DNA of 64,000 bases. Source: Gemmatimonadota bacterium. Lineage in GTDB: Bacteria; Gemmatimonadota; Gemmatimonadetes; Gemmatimonadales; GWC2-71-9. The stretch spans positions 15,814 through 79,813 of the forward strand of contig QHTK01000053.1 in assembly GCA_003220795.1 (NCBI GenBank), written 5' to 3'. The notes under the pieces were generated by a model. It saw only the letters and a list, made by a program, of their open reading frames with translations, was not told the DNA's origin and made no database searches. How positions within the stretch are numbered: position 1 is the stretch's first letter; each line of letters opens with the position of its first letter. This document shows, in pieces, positions 1-8,229 of this stretch. Position numbers and translations under genes: made by a program.

Positions 1-363
1 TACACAGCGGCGACAGCGCAAGGAGCAGGGAGAGACCGAACAGCATGCAGGGTGAGGTGCGACCGGGAGATCCGGCCGCAGGCAAGGCGAGGGCGGGTTG
101 GGGCAAGCAGGGATGCCCCAAAGCGGCTTGACGGCGACGCTTCGACATGGGACCCTCCGACGGCGTGGAACCCCAGGGCTTCCTCCGCAGGCCGCAAGGG
201 TCGTGCCTTTTCCCGTGACTCGCGTCACGCGACGATTGTCCCGCGTACGAACTATTTGTTGGACATTCGTTGGCGAGCGAGGAAGGACGGCGCACAACGC
301 GGGTCGCGGGCGTCGACCGTTGTCCACAGTATGTCGCGTGGACGCGACTGGTGCTGCGGCCGC

Positions 364-1401
364 TCAGCGCCCCGCGTGCTCCCGCAGGCTCACGGCGGCG
401 CCCGTCCGGGCCGACCGATATAGAGCTTGGGCCAGCTCGACGCTGCGGCGGCCGTCGCGGCCGTCACACAGCAGTGCCGCGCCGGTGCGCAACGCGGAGA
501 CAAAGTTCTCGAGCACCCTGCGATGCCCCCGCGCGTCCGACACAACGGGCGACGTCGCGCTGGCGTTCGCCCCGCCCTCGTCCGGCGGAGGCGGCGCCCG
601 CGGCGTCCGTAGCTCGACGCACACGACCTGGTCTCGCTCCACCACGATGGTTCCCTCCGACCCGGTGAGCTCGACGCGGCGCGGGAAGCCTGGGAACGCC
701 GACGTGGCGACGTCGAAGGTGCCGATTGCGCCGCCCGCGAATTCCAGACACGCGACGGCCGTGTCCTCCGCCTCGATGGCGTGCAGTGCGGTGCGCGCGG
801 TGGCATAGACACGCTCCACGTCGCCGAGCAGCCACAGCAATAGGTCGATCGAGTGAATCCCCTGGTTCATGAGCGCCCCGCCCCCGTCCAGGGCCCACGT
901 TCCGCGCCACTCGGAGCGGGCGTAATATTCCGGCGGACGGTACCACTTGACGCGCGCGGACACGAGGATCGGCTTGCCGAGCGCTCCTGCCGCGACGAGC
1001 TGCTTGAGCCACTGGAGGTGAGGCGCGGCGCGGTCTTGAAAGATCACGCCCAGCGTCACCCGAGCGCGGTCACACTCGTCGATCAGGGCGTCGATGCGCT
1101 CGGTCGTGATGTCGAGCGGTTTCTCCACCAGCACGTGCAGGCCCCGCCGCGCGGCGGCGCGCGCGTGCTCGGCGTGCAGGCCCGATGGCGTGCCGACGAT
1201 GACGGCATCCAGGGGACGGTGCGCGAGCATCTCCTCGAGGACCTGGAAGGCGGTCCCGCCGTACCGACGGGCCATGTGGCGCGCCTTCTCCGGATCGCGC
1301 GCCCAGTACGCCACCAGCTCGACGCCCGCCGTCTCGCGAGCCGCGCGGGCGTGCGTGTCGCTGATATTGCCCCCGCCCAGGATGCCGATGCGAACGGTCA
1401 T
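364..1401 (-). CDS. Gfo/Idh/MocA family NAD(P)-dependent oxidoreductase
   Basis: In-frame ATG at 1401 inside ORF 364..2013. The N-terminus MTVRIGILGGGNISDTHA is a Rossmann GxGxxG, and LHVLVEKPL is the family EKP motif. The 204 upstream codons of the track ORF overlap the divergent gene and were dropped. Confidence 0.85.
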   Translation of the reverse strand: MTVRIGILGGGNISDTHARAARETAGVELVAYWARDPEKARHMARRYGGTAFQVLEEMLAHRPLDAVIVGTPSGLHAEHARAAARRGLHVLVEKPLDITTERIDALIDECDRARVTLGVIFQDRAAPHLQWLKQLVAAGALGKPILVSARVKWYRPPEYYARSEWRGTWALDGGGALMNQGIHSIDLLLWLLGDVERVYATARTALHAIEAEDTAVACLEFAGGAIGTFDVATSAFPGFPRRVELTGSEGTIVVERDQVVCVELRTPRAPPPPDEGGANASATSPVVSDARGHRRVLENFVSALRTGAALLCDGRDGRRSVELAQALYRSARTGAAVSLREHAGR

Positions 1402-1473
1402 GCGGCGCTCCCGCCGGACGCTGGCGCATGTCTTGCAACCGCCAATCGATGAGGGAGGGCGCGCGACCCCACC

Positions 1474-2082
1474 ATGACGCAGACCTCGAACGACGCGCAA
1501 CGCGGGATCGACCGGCGCGAGGCGCTGCGGCGGGCAGCCCTTGTGCTCGGCGGCGCGCTCTCTACGTCCACCATCGCCGGCGTGCTCGCGGGGTGTGAGG
1601 CGCGCCGCACGCCGGACGGCGCGTGGACGCCCCGTGCGCTCACCGTGGACCAGCTGGATCTCGTCGCGACCATCGCCGAGCACATTCTGCCCGAGACCGA
1701 TAGCCCCGGCGCCCGCGCCGTGGGCGTGCACCGCTTCATCGACGCCATGCTCGCGGACTCCTCCCCGGACGAGGAGCGACGGCGTTTTCTGGCCGGCCTC
1801 GCGGACGTCGACGCCCGGGCGCAGCGGAGCCACGGGCGTGGCTTTCTGCGGTGCGCGACGCACGAGCAACGCTCGCTGCTCGATCAACTCGATCGCGAGG
1901 CGTTCGCCGCCGCGCTCGACCGCGCCGCGACGCCGTTCTTCCGCACGATGAAGGAGCTGACGCTCGTCGGGTACTACACGTCCGAGGCCGGTGCCGTACG
2001 CGAGCTGCGCCACGCACCGGTCCCCGGCCGTTTCGAGGGGTGCGTCCCGCTCGATCAGATCGGCCGGACGTGGGCTGTGTGA
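1474..2082 (+). CDS. gluconate 2-dehydrogenase subunit 3 family protein (Tat-signal small subunit)
   Basis: About 200 aa with a twin-arginine motif and hydrophobic stretch (GIDRREALRRAALVLGGALSTSTIAG). C-terminal LTLVGYYTSE is typical of this family. Its stop overlaps the start of the GMC flavoprotein gene. Confidence 0.75.
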   Translation: MTQTSNDAQRGIDRREALRRAALVLGGALSTSTIAGVLAGCEARRTPDGAWTPRALTVDQLDLVATIAEHILPETDSPGARAVGVHRFIDAMLADSSPDEERRRFLAGLADVDARAQRSHGRGFLRCATHEQRSLLDQLDREAFAAALDRAATPFFRTMKELTLVGYYTSEAGAVRELRHAPVPGRFEGCVPLDQIGRTWAV

Positions 2083-3770
2083 TCGAACCGTACGACGCCA
2101 TCGTCGTGGGCTCCGGTATCACGGGTGGCTGGGCCGCCAAGGAGCTCTGCGAAAAGGGGCTGCGGACGCTCGTGCTCGAGCGCGGCCGCCACGTGGAGCA
2201 CGGCAAGGACTACGTCACCGAGTGGTGGCAGCCCTGGCAGCTCGCCCACCGCGGCCGGGGCGAAGAGCGGCTGTACGAGCGCGACTACCCGATCCAGAGC
2301 AAGAACTACGCCTTTGGCGAGGCGACGCGGCACTTCTTCGTGAACGATCGAGAGCACCCGTACGTCACTCCCGACGCCAAGCCGTTCCGCTGGATCCGAG
2401 GCTATCAGCTCGGCGGGCGCAGCCTGATTTGGGGCCGGGCGTGCTGGCGGTGGAGCGACCTCGATTTCACCGCCAACCTGCGCGACGGCCACGGCGTCGA
2501 CTGGCCGATCCGGTACAAGGATCTGGCGCCTTGGTACGACTACGTCGAGCGGTTCGTGGGCGTGAGCGGTGAGCGGTTAGGCCTCGGGCACCTACCGGAC
2601 GGCGAATTCCTGCCGCCGTGGGATCTGACGTGCGCCGAGCGCATCGTCCAACGGGGGATCGAGCGCGCGTTTCGCGGGCGGCACCTGACGATTACGCGCG
2701 TCGCGAACCTGACCCGGGCGCACAACGGCCGCGGCCCCTGCCAGGCGCGCAACCAGTGCGCGCGCGGCTGCAGCTTCGGGGGTTACTTCTCGAGCCTCAG
2801 CGCGACGCTCCCCGCGGCCCGCAACACGGGGCGGCTGACGCTCGTCACCGACGCGATCGTCCACAGCGTCATCTATGACGAGCGGACGGACCGCGCCGCG
2901 GGCGTGCGCGTGATCGACGCGCACACCAAGGCCGCGCGCGAGTACTTCGGGCGGCTCATCTTCCTGTGCGCCTCGACGCTCGGCACCGCGCAGATCCTGT
3001 TGAGCTCGCGCAGCGCGCGCTTCCCGACCGGGCTGGCCAACTCGAGCGGCGAGCTGGGCCACAACCTGATGGACCACATCTCCAAGGCGGGCGCGCACGG
3101 GACCGTCCCCGGCTTGGAGGACAAATACGTGTACGGGCGGCGGCCCACGGGGAGCTACATCCCGCGCTTTCGCAACCTCGGCACGCCGGGGGAGGCGAAG
3201 GTCGGGTTCCTGCGCGGCTATGGGATTCAGGCGGGCTCGGGGCGCCAGGGGTGGGGCCGCGGGGCGGACGCCCCCGGCCTGGGCGTCGAGTTGAAGCAGC
3301 GGCTGCGCGGGCCGGGGCCGTGGGGCATGACGCTGCAAGGGTACGGGGAGTGCCTGCCGCGCCACGAGAACTACGTCGACCTGGACCCGGAGCGGACGGA
3401 CCAATGGGGGATCCCCTTGCCGCGCGTGCATTGCGCCTGGAGTGAGAACGAGCGCGCGATCCGGGAAGACGTCAAGGCGCAGTCGGCCGAAATGCTCGAG
3501 GCCGCCGGGTGCACCAGCGTCGAGACGTACGACGAAGACGGCCCGCCGGGGTTCAGCGTGCACGAGATGGGAACGGCGCGCATGGGTCGGGACCCGCGCA
3601 CGTCGGTCTTGAACGCGCACAACCAGTCGCACGACGTGCCGAACCTGTTCGTCACCGACGGCGCCTGCATGGCCAGCTCGTCGTGCGTGAACCCGTCGCT
3701 CACCTATATGGCGCTCACGGCGCGGGCCGTGGACTTCGCGGTGAGCGAGCTCAGGCGTCGCAACCTGTGA
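2079..3770 (+). CDS. GMC family FAD-dependent oxidoreductase (flavoprotein subunit)
   Basis: GTG 2079 overlaps the upstream TGA (GTGTGA). N-terminal FAD fold YDAIVVGSGITGGWAAKEL and C-terminal GMC-type HEMGTARMG...NLFVTDGA. No signal peptide of its own. Start could also be GTG 2070. Confidence 0.85.
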   Translation: MIEPYDAIVVGSGITGGWAAKELCEKGLRTLVLERGRHVEHGKDYVTEWWQPWQLAHRGRGEERLYERDYPIQSKNYAFGEATRHFFVNDREHPYVTPDAKPFRWIRGYQLGGRSLIWGRACWRWSDLDFTANLRDGHGVDWPIRYKDLAPWYDYVERFVGVSGERLGLGHLPDGEFLPPWDLTCAERIVQRGIERAFRGRHLTITRVANLTRAHNGRGPCQARNQCARGCSFGGYFSSLSATLPAARNTGRLTLVTDAIVHSVIYDERTDRAAGVRVIDAHTKAAREYFGRLIFLCASTLGTAQILLSSRSARFPTGLANSSGELGHNLMDHISKAGAHGTVPGLEDKYVYGRRPTGSYIPRFRNLGTPGEAKVGFLRGYGIQAGSGRQGWGRGADAPGLGVELKQRLRGPGPWGMTLQGYGECLPRHENYVDLDPERTDQWGIPLPRVHCAWSENERAIREDVKAQSAEMLEAAGCTSVETYDEDGPPGFSVHEMGTARMGRDPRTSVLNAHNQSHDVPNLFVTDGACMASSSCVNPSLTYMALTARAVDFAVSELRRRNL

Positions 3771-5035
3771 GTGCGCCCGCTGCGCCCCGCGCCGCGCAGA
3801 TCCAGGTGGCGGCGACGTCGTTCCTGGCGCTGTTCGCGATCGTGGGGATCGCGCTGTATGGGCTCCCGTTCTTCTACGACTTCATGGTGCGGGAATTCGG
3901 GTGGTCGCGCGCCCAGGTCACGTCCGGGAACGCGATCTCGAAGCTCCTGGTCGGTCCACTGTTCGGCTTCCTCGCCGGCTGGCTGGTGGACCGGTTCGGC
4001 CCGCGCCGCCTGATGATCGCCGGCATCCTGATGGCGGGCATCGCCCTCGTCGGGCTCGGTGCGATCCGCACGCTCGCGGGGTTTTACTTCTTTTATCTCT
4101 TCAACGCGCTCGGGAACTTCTGCGGCGGCCCGCTGCCGAACCAGGTACTCTTGTCCCGCTGGTTCACGGCGGCGCGCGGCCGCGCGATGGGCGTCGCGTA
4201 CTTAGGCATCGGGATCGGCGGCGCGATCGTGCCGTTTCTGGCGCTGTGGCTCACGCAGGAGGTTGGGTGGCGCGGTGCGCTGCAAGGGCTCGGTCTGCTG
4301 ATCGTCTTGGCGGCCCTGCCGCTCGCGCTGGTCGTCCGGGAGGCGCCGCCCGCGCCGGCAGGCGCACCGAGCCCCGAACCCCGGGCCCCCAGCCCCGCCT
4401 CCATCCGCACAGTCGTTCGCTCCCCGGCCTTCTATCTCCTCCTCGCCGGCAGCATGTGCTCGATCGCCGCGGTGGGCGGCACGAATCAGCACCTGAAGCT
4501 CTTCCTGAGCCTGGACCACGGCTACTCCCAAGGGGCCGCGGCGCAGATCGCGTCGCTGGTGCTGGTGTCGAGCCTCGCGGGTCGTCTGGGGATGGGATGG
4601 CTGGCGGACCGGATCCCCAAGAAGTACGTGATGCTGTTGATCTACCTGCTCGTCGCTGCGTCGATCCCGCTGCTCTTCCTGACGGAGCTGCGCGGCGCGA
4701 TCTACCTCTTCGCCGTGGTCTTCGGCATCGGGCTGGGCGGCGAGTACATGGTGATTCCGCTCATGGCCGCCGAACTGTTCGGCGTGCCGGTGCTGGGGCG
4801 CGCGATGGGCGTCGTCCTCACGGGCGACGGCGTCGCGGAAGCGCTCGCGCCGGTGCTGGTCGGACGGATGCACGACGTCACCGGGAGCTACGCCACCGGT
4901 TTCGCGGCCGTGATCGGCTTCGCGATCGCGGGCGCGATCGCGGTGGCGTTCCTGCCGCGGTCCGTTGCCCCTGAGCCCGCCTTTGTAGGGGCGCAGCATG
5001 CTGCGCCCCTACACGCGCCCCCACGGGCGGGCTGA
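3767..5035 (+). CDS. MFS transporter
   Basis: GTG 3767 overlaps the GMC stop (GTGA). Repeated hydrophobic helices throughout, with the MFS loop motif GWLVDRFGPRR after the second helix. The C-terminal tail reads through the 28-bp palindrome (..AFVGAQHAAPLHAPPRAG), so the true C-terminus is uncertain. Confidence 0.75.
   Translation: MSAPAAPRAAQIQVAATSFLALFAIVGIALYGLPFFYDFMVREFGWSRAQVTSGNAISKLLVGPLFGFLAGWLVDRFGPRRLMIAGILMAGIALVGLGAIRTLAGFYFFYLFNALGNFCGGPLPNQVLLSRWFTAARGRAMGVAYLGIGIGGAIVPFLALWLTQEVGWRGALQGLGLLIVLAALPLALVVREAPPAPAGAPSPEPRAPSPASIRTVVRSPAFYLLLAGSMCSIAAVGGTNQHLKLFLSLDHGYSQGAAAQIASLVLVSSLAGRLGMGWLADRIPKKYVMLLIYLLVAASIPLLFLTELRGAIYLFAVVFGIGLGGEYMVIPLMAAELFGVPVLGRAMGVVLTGDGVAEALAPVLVGRMHDVTGSYATGFAAVIGFAIAGAIAVAFLPRSVAPEPAFVGAQHAAPLHAPPRAG
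4985..5012. repeat. 28-bp perfect palindrome GTAGGGGCGCAGCATGCTGCGCCCCTAC (copy 1)
   Basis: Read directly in the sequence. Its reverse complement is identical. It lies 23 nt before the MFS stop / Gfo start junction. Confidence 0.95.
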
Positions 5036-6213
5036 TGACCACGCGACCGATCGGCATCGTCATGAACGGCGTGACGGGACGCATGGGCCTGAATCAGCAC
5101 CTGATTCGGTCCATCGTCGCCATCCGGCAGCAGGGCGGGGTGCCGTTGCCCGACGGCGGGCGGGTGGTCCCGGACCCGATCCTGGTAGGAAGGAACGAGG
5201 CGAAGCTCTGGGACGTCGCCCGCGCGCACGGTATCGAGCGCGTCTCGATCGATCTGGATGCGTGCCTCGCGAACCCGGCGGATTCGGTCTACTTCGATGC
5301 AACGTTGACGAGCTTGCGCGCCGACAACGTGCGGCGGGCGATCGCTGCCGGGAAGCACGTCTACTGCGAAAAGCCGCTGGCGGGCACGCTCGCCGAGGCG
5401 CTCGATCTGGCGCGTCGGGCCGAGCAGCGCGGCGTGAAGCATGGTGTGGTGCAGGACAAGCTCTTCCTCCCCGGCGTCCGCAAGCTCAAGCGGCTGGTCG
5501 ACCGCGGCTTCTTCGGCCGCATCCTGAGCGTGCGCGGCGAGTTCGGCTACTGGGTGTTCGAGGGGGACGACCCGCCGGCGCAGCGCCCGTCGTGGAACTA
5601 CCGCACGGAGGATGGCGGCGGGATCGTCGTCGACATGTTCGCCCATTGGCGCTATCTGCTGGACCACACCTTCGGCGCGGTCAAGGCCGTGCAATGCACC
5701 GCCACCACGCACATCCCCGAGCGCGTGGACGAGCGCGGCCGGCGCTACGCGGCGACGGCGGACGACGCCGCGTACGCCACGTTCGTGCTGGCCGGTCCCG
5801 ACGGCGACATCGTCGCGCAGTTCAACTCCTCGTGGGCCGTGCGGGTCTACCGTGACGACCTGTTGCAGGTCCAGGTGGACGGCACGGCGGGGAGTGCGGT
5901 CGCCGGCCTACGGGAGTGCCGGACGCAGCGCCGCAGCCAGACACCGCGGGCGGTATGGACCCCCGACGTGCCAAGCGCCGTCGACTACTACGCGCAGTGG
6001 CAGGACGTTCCCGACGAGGGATGGCTCGACAACGCCTTCAAGGTCGAGTGGGAAATGTTCCTGCGTCACGTGGCGGCGGACGAGCCGTTCCCCCACGACT
6101 TCTGCGAAGGCGCGAAGGGCGCACAGCTCGCGGAGTTGGCGCTCCAGTCGTGGCGCGAGCGTCGGTGGATCGACGTTCCGGACCTCGCGCCGGGGCGTGA
6201 GGTCGGAGGCTGA
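5035..6213 (+). CDS. Gfo/Idh/MocA family oxidoreductase
   Basis: ATG 5035 shares one base with the MFS stop (TGATG). N-terminal IGIVMNGVTGRMG and the HVYCEKPL motif are present, and the length is 392 aa. Confidence 0.8.
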   Translation: MTTRPIGIVMNGVTGRMGLNQHLIRSIVAIRQQGGVPLPDGGRVVPDPILVGRNEAKLWDVARAHGIERVSIDLDACLANPADSVYFDATLTSLRADNVRRAIAAGKHVYCEKPLAGTLAEALDLARRAEQRGVKHGVVQDKLFLPGVRKLKRLVDRGFFGRILSVRGEFGYWVFEGDDPPAQRPSWNYRTEDGGGIVVDMFAHWRYLLDHTFGAVKAVQCTATTHIPERVDERGRRYAATADDAAYATFVLAGPDGDIVAQFNSSWAVRVYRDDLLQVQVDGTAGSAVAGLRECRTQRRSQTPRAVWTPDVPSAVDYYAQWQDVPDEGWLDNAFKVEWEMFLRHVAADEPFPHDFCEGAKGAQLAELALQSWRERRWIDVPDLAPGREVGG

Positions 6214-6216
6214 GGC

Positions 6217-7380
6217 ATGCCGCCGGTCATCCGCCTCCCACGCCTCGACGGTGCGCTCGAGCCGTACACGATGCGGCAAGCCGTTGCCTGGAGCGCGCCG
6301 GCGGGACCGATCCGCAGTCGCATCGCCTACGCCGCGGCGCACGTCGTGAGCGACCCGCACGCCACCTGCGATCCGCTGTCGGACGCCCGGCTCGACTGGG
6401 ATGCCACGCTCGGGTACCGCCGCTATCTCTGGTCGCTCGGCCTGGCCGTCGCCGAGGCGATGGACACGGCGCAGCGCGGCATGGGACTCGGTTGGCCGGC
6501 GGCGCGTGACTTGATCCGGCGCTCCCTGGCGGAGGCGCGGGCGACGGGCGGGATGATCGCGTGCGGCGCCGGCACCGACCAGTTGACGCCGGGCGAGCGC
6601 GTGACCTTGGACGACGTCGAGCAGGCGTACGAGGAGCAGGTCGGCTACGTCGAGCGGCATGGCGGCCGGGTCATCCTGATGGCGAGCCGGGCGCTGGCGC
6701 GCGCGGCGCGCTCCCCCGACGACTATCGACGGGTGTACGGGACCATCCTGCGGCAGGTGAGCCGACCCGTCATACTGCACTGGCTCGGCGACATGTTCGA
6801 CCCCGAGCTCGCCGGCTACTGGGGGACGCGGGACTTGGACCAGGCCATGCACGCGTGCCTCGGGATCATCCGCGAGCATCGTACCCAGATCGACGGGATC
6901 AAGATCTCGCTCCTGGACGCGGAGCGCGAAGTCGAGATGCGCGCGCTTCTGCCCGAGGGCGTGCGCATGTACACGGGCGACGACTTTAACTACGACCGGC
7001 TGATCCTGGGGGACGGGCAGCGACACAGCGACGCGCTGCTGGGGATCTTCGACGCGATCGCGCCGGCCGCGTCGGCTGCGCTGCAGGCGTTGGACCGGGG
7101 CGACGCGGCCGGTTACCGCCGGGCGCTGGCGCCCACCGTGGCGCTGTCGCGTCACATCTTCCAGCCCCCCACGCACGCGTACAAGACAGGGATCGTGTTT
7201 CTGGCGTACCTGAACGGCCACCAGCGGCACTTTCGGATGATCGGCGCAGCGGAGACCGCGCGTTCGGTGCTGCATCTCGCCGAGCTGTTTCGGCTCGCCG
7301 ATTGCGCCGGGCTGCTGCTCGATCCGGAGCGCGCGGCGGAGCGGATGCGGCCGGTGCTGGCCATGGCAGGGGTGGAGTGA
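6217..7380 (+). CDS. DUF993 family protein
   Basis: ATG 6217 preceded by GGAGG. The sequence (..LDWDATLGYRRYLWSLGLAVAEAMDTAQRGMGLGW..) matches my recollection of DUF993. The context, Gfo/Idh/MocA upstream and a TIM-barrel isomerase downstream, is the usual one for this family. Confidence 0.6.
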   Translation: MPPVIRLPRLDGALEPYTMRQAVAWSAPAGPIRSRIAYAAAHVVSDPHATCDPLSDARLDWDATLGYRRYLWSLGLAVAEAMDTAQRGMGLGWPAARDLIRRSLAEARATGGMIACGAGTDQLTPGERVTLDDVEQAYEEQVGYVERHGGRVILMASRALARAARSPDDYRRVYGTILRQVSRPVILHWLGDMFDPELAGYWGTRDLDQAMHACLGIIREHRTQIDGIKISLLDAEREVEMRALLPEGVRMYTGDDFNYDRLILGDGQRHSDALLGIFDAIAPAASAALQALDRGDAAGYRRALAPTVALSRHIFQPPTHAYKTGIVFLAYLNGHQRHFRMIGAAETARSVLHLAELFRLADCAGLLLDPERAAERMRPVLAMAGVE

Positions 7381-8219
7381 CGCCCCCGGGAGGTCTGACC
7401 CCGGGGCCCCCAGCGATCGCCCGGCTCAGCTTCAACCAGATCACCGCCGAGCGGGCGAGTCTCGCGGAGGCCGTCGACGCCTGCGCCCGCCACGGCGTGC
7501 CGTACATCGCCGTGTGGCGGAACAAGCTCGCGGAAACAGGACTCGATCGCGCGGTGCGCCTGGTGCGCGATGCCGGGCTGCGCGTGTCGAGCGTGTGTCG
7601 CGGAGGGATGTTTCCGGCGGCGAGCCCCGCGGAGCGGGAGGCGCGGATCGAGGACAATCGGCGGGCGGTGGACGAAGCGGCGGCGCTGGGTGCGGAGGTC
7701 CTCGTCCTGGTATGCGGGGCGGCGCCCGACCGAGACATCGCGGCGGCGCGCCGCATGGTCGCGGACGGCATCGCCCAGCTCGCCCCTTACGCGGCCGAGC
7801 GCCGCGTGCGGCTCGGGATCGAGCCGATGCATCCCGCGTTCGCGGCCGAGCGCTCTTGCATCACGACGCTCGCCGAGGGGCGCTGCCTGGCGCAGCGGTT
7901 CGACCCCGCGACCGTCGGCGTCGTGGCTGACGTCTATCACATCTGGTGGGACCCCGACCTCTACGAGGAGCTCGCCCGGGCCGCCGGGCGGCTCATCGGG
8001 TTCCACGTCTCCGACTGGCTGGTCCCAGCGCAAGAGGTGCTGATGAACCGTGGGATGATGGGCGACGGCGTGATCGAGCTGCGACGCATCCGCGGTGCAA
8101 TCGAGCGCGCCGGCTATGTGGGCCCGATCGAGGTCGAGATCTTCAACGAGGTGGTGTGGAACACGCCGCTCGACACGCTGATGCCGCGGGTGAAGGAGCG
8201 ATACCTCTCGTGCGTGTAG
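7377..8219 (+). CDS. sugar phosphate isomerase/epimerase (xylose isomerase-like TIM barrel)
   Basis: GTG 7377 overlaps the DUF993 stop (GTGA). About 280 aa with family-typical segments LGAEVLVLVCG, RLGIEPMHP, GFHVSDW and VGPIEVEIFN. Confidence 0.8.
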   Translation: MTPPGGLTPGPPAIARLSFNQITAERASLAEAVDACARHGVPYIAVWRNKLAETGLDRAVRLVRDAGLRVSSVCRGGMFPAASPAEREARIEDNRRAVDEAAALGAEVLVLVCGAAPDRDIAAARRMVADGIAQLAPYAAERRVRLGIEPMHPAFAAERSCITTLAEGRCLAQRFDPATVGVVADVYHIWWDPDLYEELARAAGRLIGFHVSDWLVPAQEVLMNRGMMGDGVIELRRIRGAIERAGYVGPIEVEIFNEVVWNTPLDTLMPRVKERYLSCV

Positions 8220-8229
8220 CGCCGGTCTG

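Noticed and set aside
1-46. Possible start of a minus-strand gene running off the left edge (ATG at 46..44, translating MLFGLSLLLALSPLC, which is signal-peptide-like).
   Set aside because: Only 15 codons are visible and there is no clear ribosome-binding site. That is too little evidence to report as a feature.
214-229. Hairpin CGTGAC-TCGC-GTCACG, plus a second hairpin at about 322-343, downstream of the 364..1401 gene. These were considered as intrinsic terminators.
   Set aside because: The stems are short (6 bp), and on the relevant (minus) strand neither is followed by a U-tract. The evidence is not strong enough for a terminator call.
1402-2013. N-terminal extensions of track ORFs. For example, there are 204 extra codons on 364..2013. 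Other examples are the upstream parts of 1851..3770, 3509..5035, 11732..13405, 25245..28598, 32911..35241, 40207..42066, 41349..43043, 42701..44245, 46453..47919, 47406..49799 and 51749..53290.
   Set aside because: The extensions overlap the neighbouring real gene and are low-complexity. Conserved N-terminal motifs or signal peptides begin at an internal ATG, GTG or TTG, often forming a 4-nt overlap with the upstream stop.
5908-7275. A 455-aa minus-strand ORF antisense to the Gfo/Idh/MocA and DUF993 genes. Similar long antisense ORFs are 7152..8873, 8323..9726, 14073..15236, 20584..22626, 26772..28280, 27112..28872, 41526..42704, 48488..49747, 49816..51249, 50940..53135, 53928..55592 and 59648..61936.
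   Set aside because: Their translations are Arg/Ala/Gly/Pro-rich low-complexity strings with no recognisable domains. They lie exactly opposite genes with strong family motifs. In very GC-rich DNA, stop codons are rare in all frames, so such shadow ORFs are expected.
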